Source: a virus (taxonomy: Duplodnaviria; Heunggongvirae; Uroviricota; Caudoviricetes). Taken from it: a DNA stretch of 34,288 nt. Location of the stretch: the IMG/VR virus record IMGVR_UViG_2548876869_000012. The stretch is one strand, 5' to 3'. This document shows positions 27,842 to 34,288 of the stretch, one piece after another (the stretch's first letter is position 1; every line of letters starts with the position of its first letter). The notes under the pieces are model-generated. The model made no database searches and was not told where the DNA came from. It saw only the letters and a list, made by a program, of their open reading frames with translations. A program made the position numbers and the translations under genes.

Positions 27842-30127
27842 TTATATCCGCGCCATTACTGTTGAGAATCCCGGACACTCATCAGCGACCGGATACGTGA
27901 ATTTTTTCCCGTCATAATTTACGGTCGCGCCACGCGCCAGCGCCTCAAGCTCCCATCGCTGCGGCCTGATACCGTTCTGAGCAAGGTCAACGCGGATACG
28001 GGTAATTTGCATTCTTTCCGACCGGGTCAGTCTGGCCGATGGTGCAATTTCATGTGGTTTTAACGGGCTTCCGTTTCTCTGCTGACGATTTGGTGTTCTC
28101 AGCCCGTATTTTAATGCGCCCCTGAGCGCCCTCACGACCTCCGGGTCATTCCATTCGATAACACCGTCATCAACCAGATTAAGCACTGCTGCGGCGTGTT
28201 CAGAAGGTGTGGGAGCCGGTAACGAAGTATCACCACCGGTGAGCTTTCCACAGTTATTGACAGGACTCCGAGGCGCGGCGATGCCGCTTTTTAAAGTCAA
28301 AGGCTCAACGACCGGTACTTTCGGAACAATGCGCCAGTCCGTCGTTCTGGTGATATGAATATGACGCGCGCCGAGATGCGGCGCGTAAATGCCGACCACT
28401 CTCTCGACTTCTTCCTCGTACTCGTTAACTTCATCCGACGGACTACGGGCAACCCTGACAGTCTGACAATCGCGCGGAACATTTGCCCCACCCTGCGCGC
28501 TGATATACAACGCAAAATCACCACTGTCTGCGGCAGCGCGTGCAGCCTCGACGCGTTCGTCAAACTCATCAGCAATGCTGACGCCGCGAGGCAATTTGCG
28601 TAGTTCACGGTAAGCCCCCATTGTCGGCAGGCCAACCGTTTTAAATTGCGGAATGCGCCACGTTGACGCCCATGCGGTAACAGCCGCGGCAGTGTCTTTC
28701 AGCGGCCTGCCGGTATCGTTATCGAGCTGACCATCCAGTGCATAGCCATCGATGTTTTTTGAGATGTATTTCGCGATATATCCCGCAGCACCGCCCCGGT
28801 TAAGGTGTTTTGCCTGAAAACGGTTTCGCGCGGCTCCTCTTTCGTCACCATCCTCTTTGAGCGCATAGCGACGCATGATTTCGATAATCTGGTTACGCTG
28901 GCGTGGATTACAAAAAAGCATCATATGCCAGTGCGGCGTTCCGTCGTGGTGTGGCTCGACGACTCGCAAACCGTAGACCTGTAAATCATTATCCTTGAAT
29001 GCCGTGCGCATCAGGCTCCAGATGCGGCAGAGATAACGCTGCGCATCCTTTGGATTAAATGCCTCATCATTCCAGCCGTGATTTAGCTGGACGGTTTTAC
29101 TTTCGCCTTTTCCGACCTGACGTGTCGGGTGATACTTTGACGGCGCGGTCAGAGTGATAAACATCCCCACATCACCCTCTGCGGCGGCGTAACGCTCAAT
29201 ACCGGCGATGGTGTTCATCAGCTCCATCCGGCGAATTTCAGGATTAGAAATACTGCCCATCACCTTACTGATAAGGTCGATGCGCTCGCCGGTTTCCCTG
29301 TTTTCGAGGTCACACGATTTAAGAAATTCCAGATTTGCCTGGCGGCGTGCACGCACATCACGAATGGCATGTTTACTGGCATAAGGAGAACGGTCTTTAT
29401 TGACCTCCCCGACAGCAATCAGTAACGCCTCATGCCAGCGCATACGCTGGCCTTTAAGCTGATGAGTCCACCACTCATCGTTAAACAGACGGGCAATGGC
29501 AGAATATGCCTGCCTCGTGGTCATCTGTCCTTTACGGTATTTTTTCCAGTAGAGAGGGGAAATATTGAAAGCACGTGCAGCGCCAGCAACATGACCATAC
29601 AGATGCGCCTGCGCCTCATCTGTAAACAGCGATTCTTTCTCGCCATGTGCATCAACCCATGCATCGCAGAGTTCCTCATACATCATGAAAAGCTGCGATG
29701 AGATACGGGCGGCAAACTTTTTCAGCTCCTTGTCATTCATCCCCGGCAGACGCGCATAATGGTCACGCTCTGCCAGAAACAGCAACGACGCGTCGGTGTT
29801 CATTTCATGGCGCTGATTCACGCGCTCAATACGCGGCCATAAACGGCGCTGAAAAGTGGATGTGAGGAAATAAAATCCGTGCACCGGGCTTTTATTGCGC
29901 CGGATGTAGTCATAGCGTGAAGTAAACAGCGAGCGCAAAAAGTAAGGCAGGCGATTAATCGTGGATAAAACACCTTGCACCTGACGCATCTCGTCACGTG
30001 TAAGGGGTCTTTCGCGCCCGACGGCCTCGCGTGGCGCGTTCCATGCATAAGCACCGGTAAACGTCTCACCGGTGCCTGCGGCAAATGCTGACGGAGGGAC
30101 AAAACGCCCGGAGGCTTTAACGGCCAT
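27842..30127 (-). CDS. A: Replication initiator A, rolling-circle nickase (761 aa)
   Basis: Start at MAVKASGRFVPPSAFAAG...; HUH motif in EPHHDGTPHWHMMLF and tyrosine motif GYIAKYISK; P2 length. Confidence 0.9.
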   Translation of the reverse strand: MAVKASGRFVPPSAFAAGTGETFTGAYAWNAPREAVGRERPLTRDEMRQVQGVLSTINRLPYFLRSLFTSRYDYIRRNKSPVHGFYFLTSTFQRRLWPRIERVNQRHEMNTDASLLFLAERDHYARLPGMNDKELKKFAARISSQLFMMYEELCDAWVDAHGEKESLFTDEAQAHLYGHVAGAARAFNISPLYWKKYRKGQMTTRQAYSAIARLFNDEWWTHQLKGQRMRWHEALLIAVGEVNKDRSPYASKHAIRDVRARRQANLEFLKSCDLENRETGERIDLISKVMGSISNPEIRRMELMNTIAGIERYAAAEGDVGMFITLTAPSKYHPTRQVGKGESKTVQLNHGWNDEAFNPKDAQRYLCRIWSLMRTAFKDNDLQVYGLRVVEPHHDGTPHWHMMLFCNPRQRNQIIEIMRRYALKEDGDERGAARNRFQAKHLNRGGAAGYIAKYISKNIDGYALDGQLDNDTGRPLKDTAAAVTAWASTWRIPQFKTVGLPTMGAYRELRKLPRGVSIADEFDERVEAARAAADSGDFALYISAQGGANVPRDCQTVRVARSPSDEVNEYEEEVERVVGIYAPHLGARHIHITRTTDWRIVPKVPVVEPLTLKSGIAAPRSPVNNCGKLTGGDTSLPAPTPSEHAAAVLNLVDDGVIEWNDPEVVRALRGALKYGLRTPNRQQRNGSPLKPHEIAPSARLTRSERMQITRIRVDLAQNGIRPQRWELEALARGATVNYDGKKFTYPVADECPGFSTVMARI

Positions 30128-30392
30128 ATGAGCCAAAAGCCTCTGAACAACGCTTGCTGAGTTGCTCAACCTGCGCGTTTAAATCAGCAAAAGACTTTGC
30201 GCTTCCGGTCAGAATATCGTGATGCATCAGGCCGGAAACAAGCTGGCTTAATTTCGGATAATAACCAACCACCGCCAGCCATTCCTGACCGGCGTTTTTA
30301 CCGCTTTCCGCTCTCTTTTTCTCGTGGAGAATAAACTGAAAGCTGTCACTGGTAACGACATAACGTTCGCCAATTTCAATACGAATACTCAT
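30117..30392 (-). CDS. Early-operon hypothetical protein (P2 orf83 position, 91 aa)
   Basis: Synteny between orf82 and A; overlaps the A start. Confidence 0.7.
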   Translation of the reverse strand: MSIRIEIGERYVVTSDSFQFILHEKKRAESGKNAGQEWLAVVGYYPKLSQLVSGLMHHDILTGSAKSFADLNAQVEQLSKRCSEAFGSYGR

Positions 30393-30613
30393 GCCGTTCT
30401 CCGGTAATGTTTGTTTTTTGCTTCAAAGACTGACTGGCAGGAAACACAACGCGTGGCTGACGGATAAGCCGCACGACGGGCAGCAGGTATTGGCGCGTCA
30501 CACTCTTCGCAAACCAGCGCAGAAGCACCGCAATGTTTTACCCTTGCCGCGTTAATCTGACGCTCCAGTAATTCAGCCTGTTGTTCCTGAATAAAATCTA
30601 CGTTGTCCGGCAT
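30389..30613 (-). CDS. TraR/DksA-type C4 zinc-finger protein (P2 orf82 position, 74 aa)
   Basis: Cys pairs CEEC ... CVSC near the C-terminus; synteny. Confidence 0.7.
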   Translation of the reverse strand: MPDNVDFIQEQQAELLERQINAARVKHCGASALVCEECDAPIPAARRAAYPSATRCVSCQSVFEAKNKHYRRTA

Positions 30614-30915
30614 TACCAGCTCCTTTTGTCGTTAAGTTTTTTAAATTCATCAGCGCAATAGCTAGCAATTTCTGTCGTTAATTTCGTCAGTTCATCCACG
30701 GAGGAGATTTGCTTGTGAAATACAGCGCGTTTAACAAGTAAATTGACCACATCAGACAGGAGATTTAATTCGTTCTGATAAATCGCGATAACAGACTCAG
30801 TTATTTCGCGTTTTTCTTTATCAAGACCAAGTTGAATAAGAGATAAATCGCCATTTTTCATAACGGTGATTTTTAAGGCGTTATTCAGTAATACAACTGA
30901 ACGAGAACAGGACAT
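30613..30915 (-). CDS. Early-operon hypothetical protein (P2 orf81 position, about 100 aa)
   Basis: ATG at 30913-30915 with a GGAGGTG RBS; synteny. Confidence 0.65.
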   Translation of the reverse strand: MSCSRSVVLLNNALKITVMKNGDLSLIQLGLDKEKREITESVIAIYQNELNLLSDVVNLLVKRAVFHKQISSVDELTKLTTEIASYCADEFKKLNDKRSW

Positions 30916-31139
30916 CAAAGCACCTCCCCGCGAGACAATCCGATATTGTGAAATTTTTCCGACTCCTGACTGAGCAGCTCGACTATCTCCACGCGGGATA
31001 ACTCCGCCTTTGTGATGTGGCGAATCATGGCGTCAAGATGAGAAGAAAAGCGCGTCGCTGCGTCGGCCTGTGCTTCGGTTCTGGCCTGTTGCAGCAGTAA
31101 TGCGTATTTACCGCACTGATTTTCAGAAACTGTATGCAT
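30915..31139 (-). CDS. Early-operon hypothetical protein (P2 orf80 position, 74 aa from MHTVSENQ)
   Basis: ATG at 31137-31139 with a GGAG RBS; the track ORF is extended to an upstream TTG. Confidence 0.6.
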   Translation of the reverse strand: MHTVSENQCGKYALLLQQARTEAQADAATRFSSHLDAMIRHITKAELSRVEIVELLSQESEKFHNIGLSRGEVL

Positions 31140-31202
31140 GACTTTCTCCAGGCAAAAAGAAGCCCCGCACAATTAAGTGCGTTAAAAACTCTGGTTAATT
31201 AC

Positions 31203-31703
31203 TTAATGCAGATATTGCTCTGGTTTTACCGACGTCAGAATTGTCGGTGCATACTCAAACAGGCTGAATAATTCACGTAATGCACGGAATAAGGCATCAC
31301 GCCAGTAACATGATTCTTCATTAATTCGCCAGTATGGCTGGTTGAATTCTTTTTCAGTCAATCCGGCATGCATAAATAAAGTACGGCGCTGACTGACAGT
31401 TAAAAAGCTAATATATGCATACTCACTTGCACCGACCTGACGGCGTTTTGAGAATGCCCCACGCAGTTCATCAATTGCACAAACCAGCCGTTCACGTTCG
31501 ACGTCGTTCATTTCTTCAAAACGCATCGTTGCGTGACGCTGTTTTAACTGCGCATGGAAGCAAACCGTTAGCCGTTCGCGTTCCATCATCTGATTATAAT
31601 AATCGCATGTCTCCTGCCAGCGAGGGACGGCCAGATGCTTACCAATTATCCGGCGCATAGCTGCTGGCTGTTTTTCAACGAGATTGAGCGTCATCACTGT
31701 CAT
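31203..31703 (-). CDS. B: Replication protein B (166 aa)
   Basis: P2 synteny and exact length. Confidence 0.85.
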   Translation of the reverse strand: MTVMTLNLVEKQPAAMRRIIGKHLAVPRWQETCDYYNQMMERERLTVCFHAQLKQRHATMRFEEMNDVERERLVCAIDELRGAFSKRRQVGASEYAYISFLTVSQRRTLFMHAGLTEKEFNQPYWRINEESCYWRDALFRALRELFSLFEYAPTILTSVKPEQYLH

Positions 31704-31870
31704 TTCCAGACCCTCCGGCTTTTCAGAAAGGTCAGAGTCTTTTTTAACGGACTCTGTTTTTTGGTGCGGATAATGATTCCCTTACGCCCCTTACCGTGGG
31801 TGATGGTGAAGTCAATCGCCCTGGGGCTTTCGTTACGCAATAACTGAGCAATACAACGAGGCTCATTCAT
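31700..31870 (-). CDS. Early-operon small protein (P2 orf78 position, 56 aa)
   Basis: ATG at 31868-31870 with an AAGGAG RBS; the track ORF starts at an upstream GTG inside cox. Confidence 0.6.
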   Translation of the reverse strand: MNEPRCIAQLLRNESPRAIDFTITHGKGRKGIIIRTKKQSPLKKTLTFLKSRRVWK

Positions 31871-31880
31871 ACGGTTCTCC

Positions 31881-32156
31881 TTAACGTGGTTCACCGAGAC
31901 CTAACCACATCAACCAGCCGTCACGAATCTCTTTAGGACGGCTTTCATAAGCCAGTTTTAGTCCGTTATTCCATGCCGGAAGGTATACCCAATATTCACC
32001 AGCACGCCCCGATACTGACTGAGGGTCAGTAATCTCAATAACTGGTAATTTCCCTTTCTCAATCATGCCCCTTACAGCTCTTGGAGTTTTACCAATGAGT
32101 TTTGCAAACTCCTGATAAGGCACGGCATCAGTCACGCTTACAAGCTGTCTATTCAT
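31881..32156 (-). CDS. cox: Cox, excision and early-lytic control protein (91 aa)
   Basis: First gene of the early operon, divergent from C, 91 aa as in P2 Cox. Confidence 0.8.
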   Translation of the reverse strand: MNRQLVSVTDAVPYQEFAKLIGKTPRAVRGMIEKGKLPVIEITDPQSVSGRAGEYWVYLPAWNNGLKLAYESRPKEIRDGWLMWLGLGEPR

Positions 32157-32181
32157 CTGCTACGATTCTCCCTTAGTGCTT

Positions 32182-32200
32182 CTAATGGCTCCTAATGGCT
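32182..32200. promoter_or_regulatory. Candidate immunity operator: tandem direct repeats CTAATGGCT-C-CTAATGGCT in the cox/C divergent promoter region
   Basis: Two 9-bp direct repeats one helical turn apart between cox (ends 32156) and C (starts 32278); P2-type repressors bind direct repeats. Confidence 0.4.
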
Positions 32201-32277
32201 AATTATTGCCTAAAAGGATAACTCCAGAAGCACAACATTTCACACTATCAGCAAGAAATTACGCAATCGGAGTAATT

Positions 32278-32577
32278 ATGTCAATAGACGTTTCGGAGAA
32301 GTTGAAGCTAATCCGTGAATCTGAAAGGTTAAACCGTAAAGAATTCAGTGAATTAACTGGTGTAGCCTACAGCTCACTTTCGAGCTATGAGAGCCGGTCA
32401 AAAAACGCTGGAGTTGAAGCCATAATGAAGGTCTTACAACATCCCAGATTTACTAAATATACTTTGTGGTTCATGACTGATCAGGTAGCTCCAGAAGCCG
32501 GGCAAATTGCGCCCGCTCTCGCACACTTTGGGCAAAACGAAACAACGTCGCCCCACTCCGGTCAAAAGACTGGTTAA
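32278..32577 (+). CDS. C: Immunity repressor C (99 aa)
   Basis: ATG at 32278 (MSIDVSEKLKLIRESERLNRKEFSELTGVAYSSL...) has a helix-turn-helix-like N-terminus; C-terminus ...QIAPALAHFGQNETTSPHSGQKTG resembles P2 C as I recall it; 99 aa; divergent from cox. Confidence 0.8.
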   Translation: MSIDVSEKLKLIRESERLNRKEFSELTGVAYSSLSSYESRSKNAGVEAIMKVLQHPRFTKYTLWFMTDQVAPEAGQIAPALAHFGQNETTSPHSGQKTG

Positions 32578-32692
32578 CAATTTATCGTGAATATATTCAT
32601 CACAAGTGCCTACTATTGGTGGCTAAATTTCAGCCACCACGAAAAAAGCGATTAGTAGTAGCAAAAAAAAGTACCACTCGGAGGGTTTTCTG

Positions 32693-33706
32693 ATGGCAAT
32701 CAAAAAACTCGATGATGGTCGATATGAAGTGGACATCCGCCCTACTGGACGTAACGGAAAACGCATCCGTAGGAAGTTTGATAAGAAAAGCGAAGCTGTC
32801 GCTTTCGAAAAATACACGTTGTACAACCACCACAATAAAGAATGGCTATCAAAACCAACAGACAAACGACGTCTGTCGGAACTGACACAGATCTGGTGGG
32901 ATTTAAAGGGTAAACACGAAGAGCATGGGAAATCTAATCTTGGAAAAATTGAAATCTTCACAAAAATAACGAATGACCCATGCGCATTTCAAATCACGAA
33001 ATCCCTTATCAGCCAGTACTGCGCCACCCGAAGAAGTCAGGGTATTAAACCTTCGAGTATCAATCGTGATTTAACATGTATTAGCGGCATGTTTACAGCC
33101 CTGATTGAAGCGGAGTTATTCTTTGGTGAGCACCCTATCAGAGGGACAAAGAGGCTTAAGGAGGAAAAACCAGAAACAGGCTATCTCACACAGGAAGAAA
33201 TTGCCTTACTGCTTGCAGCACTTGACGGCGACAACAAAAAGATTGCGATTCTTTGCCTGAGTACAGGAGCACGTTGGGGAGAAGCAGCTCGTTTGAAAGC
33301 AGAAAATATCATCCATAACCGCGTCACGTTTGTTAAAACGAAAACAAACAAACCACGCACCGTCCCGATCTCAGAGGCTGTTGCCAAAATGATCGCGGAT
33401 AACAAACGAGGTTTTTTATTCCCTGATGCTGATTACCCTCGCTTCAGACGAACAATGAAAGCAATAAAACCGGATTTGCCAACGGGGCAAGCCACACATG
33501 CACTAAGGCACAGCTTTGCCACTCATTTCATGATTAATGGAGGAAGTATTATCACGCTACAACGGATACTAGGTCACACGCGGATTGAGCAAACTATGGT
33601 TTACGCTCATTTTGCGCCAGAGTACCTTCAGGACGCCATTTCTCTTAATCCGCTAAGAGGTGGTACTGAAGCCGAGAGTGTCCACACAGTGTCCACAGTA
33701 GAGTAA
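32693..33706 (+). CDS. int: Tyrosine integrase (337 aa)
   Basis: GGAGGG RBS; catalytic motifs HALRHSFATH and LGHTRIEQTMVYAHF; P2 Int length; adjacent to attL. Confidence 0.9.
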   Translation: MAIKKLDDGRYEVDIRPTGRNGKRIRRKFDKKSEAVAFEKYTLYNHHNKEWLSKPTDKRRLSELTQIWWDLKGKHEEHGKSNLGKIEIFTKITNDPCAFQITKSLISQYCATRRSQGIKPSSINRDLTCISGMFTALIEAELFFGEHPIRGTKRLKEEKPETGYLTQEEIALLLAALDGDNKKIAILCLSTGARWGEAARLKAENIIHNRVTFVKTKTNKPRTVPISEAVAKMIADNKRGFLFPDADYPRFRRTMKAIKPDLPTGQATHALRHSFATHFMINGGSIITLQRILGHTRIEQTMVYAHFAPEYLQDAISLNPLRGGTEAESVHTVSTVE

Positions 33707-33785
33707 CGTTTAAGGGCTTTCAGTGGTAATTTATGCCGCTCAAACCCGCATTGTACCGTTGAAAGCCCCTACTGGTGACACCCTA

Positions 33786-33813
33786 AATCTCCCTTACACG
33801 GGCTTATTTTTTA
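33786..33813. repeat. attL core: second copy of the 28-bp repeat AATCTCCCTTACACGGGCTTATTTTTTA
   Basis: Perfect match to 1507-1534; lies 80 bp past the int stop. Confidence 0.8.
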
Positions 33814-33970
33814 TGCATAAGCCCTATCCCTGGTCACCGTCTTCCATTGACCACATCGATAGAATCTCCCTTCATAGCACGATGCCTTTCACGTAACGGC
33901 ATCGTGCTCGCACAGGTTCCGGCTAAGCACAACCAGAACGCGCATGTTTGACGCTTACCAAAAAATATTC

Positions 33971-34288
33971 TCACTCTCCACATTTGAATGTCAGACGAGC
34001 GACGCCATGTAATCCTGCACCTTCTGTCTTCAGGTCAACTATCTGCATTTTTTTGCCCTGAGTAACACAGAAATGGGCTGCATCATTTTTTACTATATTT
34101 TCTGCACCAGATATTCTGCCCCTGGCTAAAGAAGCTTCGGCTTCGGTGTAGTATTGGTTATCGAGTTTACGCTGAATATTACTTTTATATGCAAGACCAA
34201 ATTTACCGATACTTGTCTCATCATTATGCACAGCACAACCAGACATAATAAAAATACTAATTAATGATATAGCAGCTATCTTTTTCAT
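33971..34288 (-). CDS. yegR: Putative lipoprotein YegR (host gene, 105 aa)
   Basis: ATG at the last three bases of the window (minus strand); signal peptide with lipobox-like IMSGC; length and position next to the yegQ/cyaR locus fit E. coli yegR from memory. Confidence 0.55.
   Translation of the reverse strand: MKKIAAISLISIFIMSGCAVHNDETSIGKFGLAYKSNIQRKLDNQYYTEAEASLARGRISGAENIVKNDAAHFCVTQGKKMQIVDLKTEGAGLHGVARLTFKCGE

Larger units (their letters stand above)
1507..33813. mobile_element. Complete P2-like (Peduovirus-type) prophage, about 32.3 kb, integrated at the cyaR 3' end
   Basis: Full P2 synteny from ogr to int with P2-like product lengths, cos sequence, and flanking 28-bp direct repeats. 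Confidence 0.9.

Noticed and set aside
27660-27917. 85-aa plus-strand ORF in the spacer between the ParB-like gene and A
   Set aside because: Overlaps the 3' end of A, has no convincing RBS, and is more likely promoter/intergenic DNA for the cargo module; kept only as a weak possibility

Overview
The window reads as an Escherichia-type chromosomal locus, yegQ – cyaR – [complete P2-like prophage, about 32.3 kb] – yegR. Everything here comes from reading the sequence and from remembered P2 biology; no database search or computation was run. The prophage is bounded by a perfect 28-bp direct repeat (1507-1534 and 33786-33813) that coincides with the 3' end of the sRNA gene cyaR, so cyaR stays intact at the left junction. 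Gene order and product lengths match P2 throughout: ogr, D, U, T, E/E+E' (with a -1 frameshift site), FII, FI, G, H, I, J, W, V, S, R, lysC/B/A, K, Y, X, L, M, N, O, then divergent P-Q, a P2-type cos sequence, the early operon A-orf83-orf82-orf81-orf80-B-orf78-cox, and divergent C and int. No tRNA, rRNA, CRISPR array or IS element was seen. Two AT-rich cargo islands sit at the two classical P2 variable loci and are the best candidates for a previously undescribed system. (1) At the tin/old position, between cos and gene A (25026-27482, minus strand), a ParB/Srx-like protein of about 500 aa with an unassigned C-terminal domain lies directly upstream of a Dam-family adenine methyltransferase. 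(2) At the Z/fun position, between FI and G (8648-10065, plus strand), two overlapping ORFs of 93 and 379 aa are joined at an A7 run with a TTG start, so they may be one frameshifted or recoded gene of about 472 aa with no recognisable motifs.
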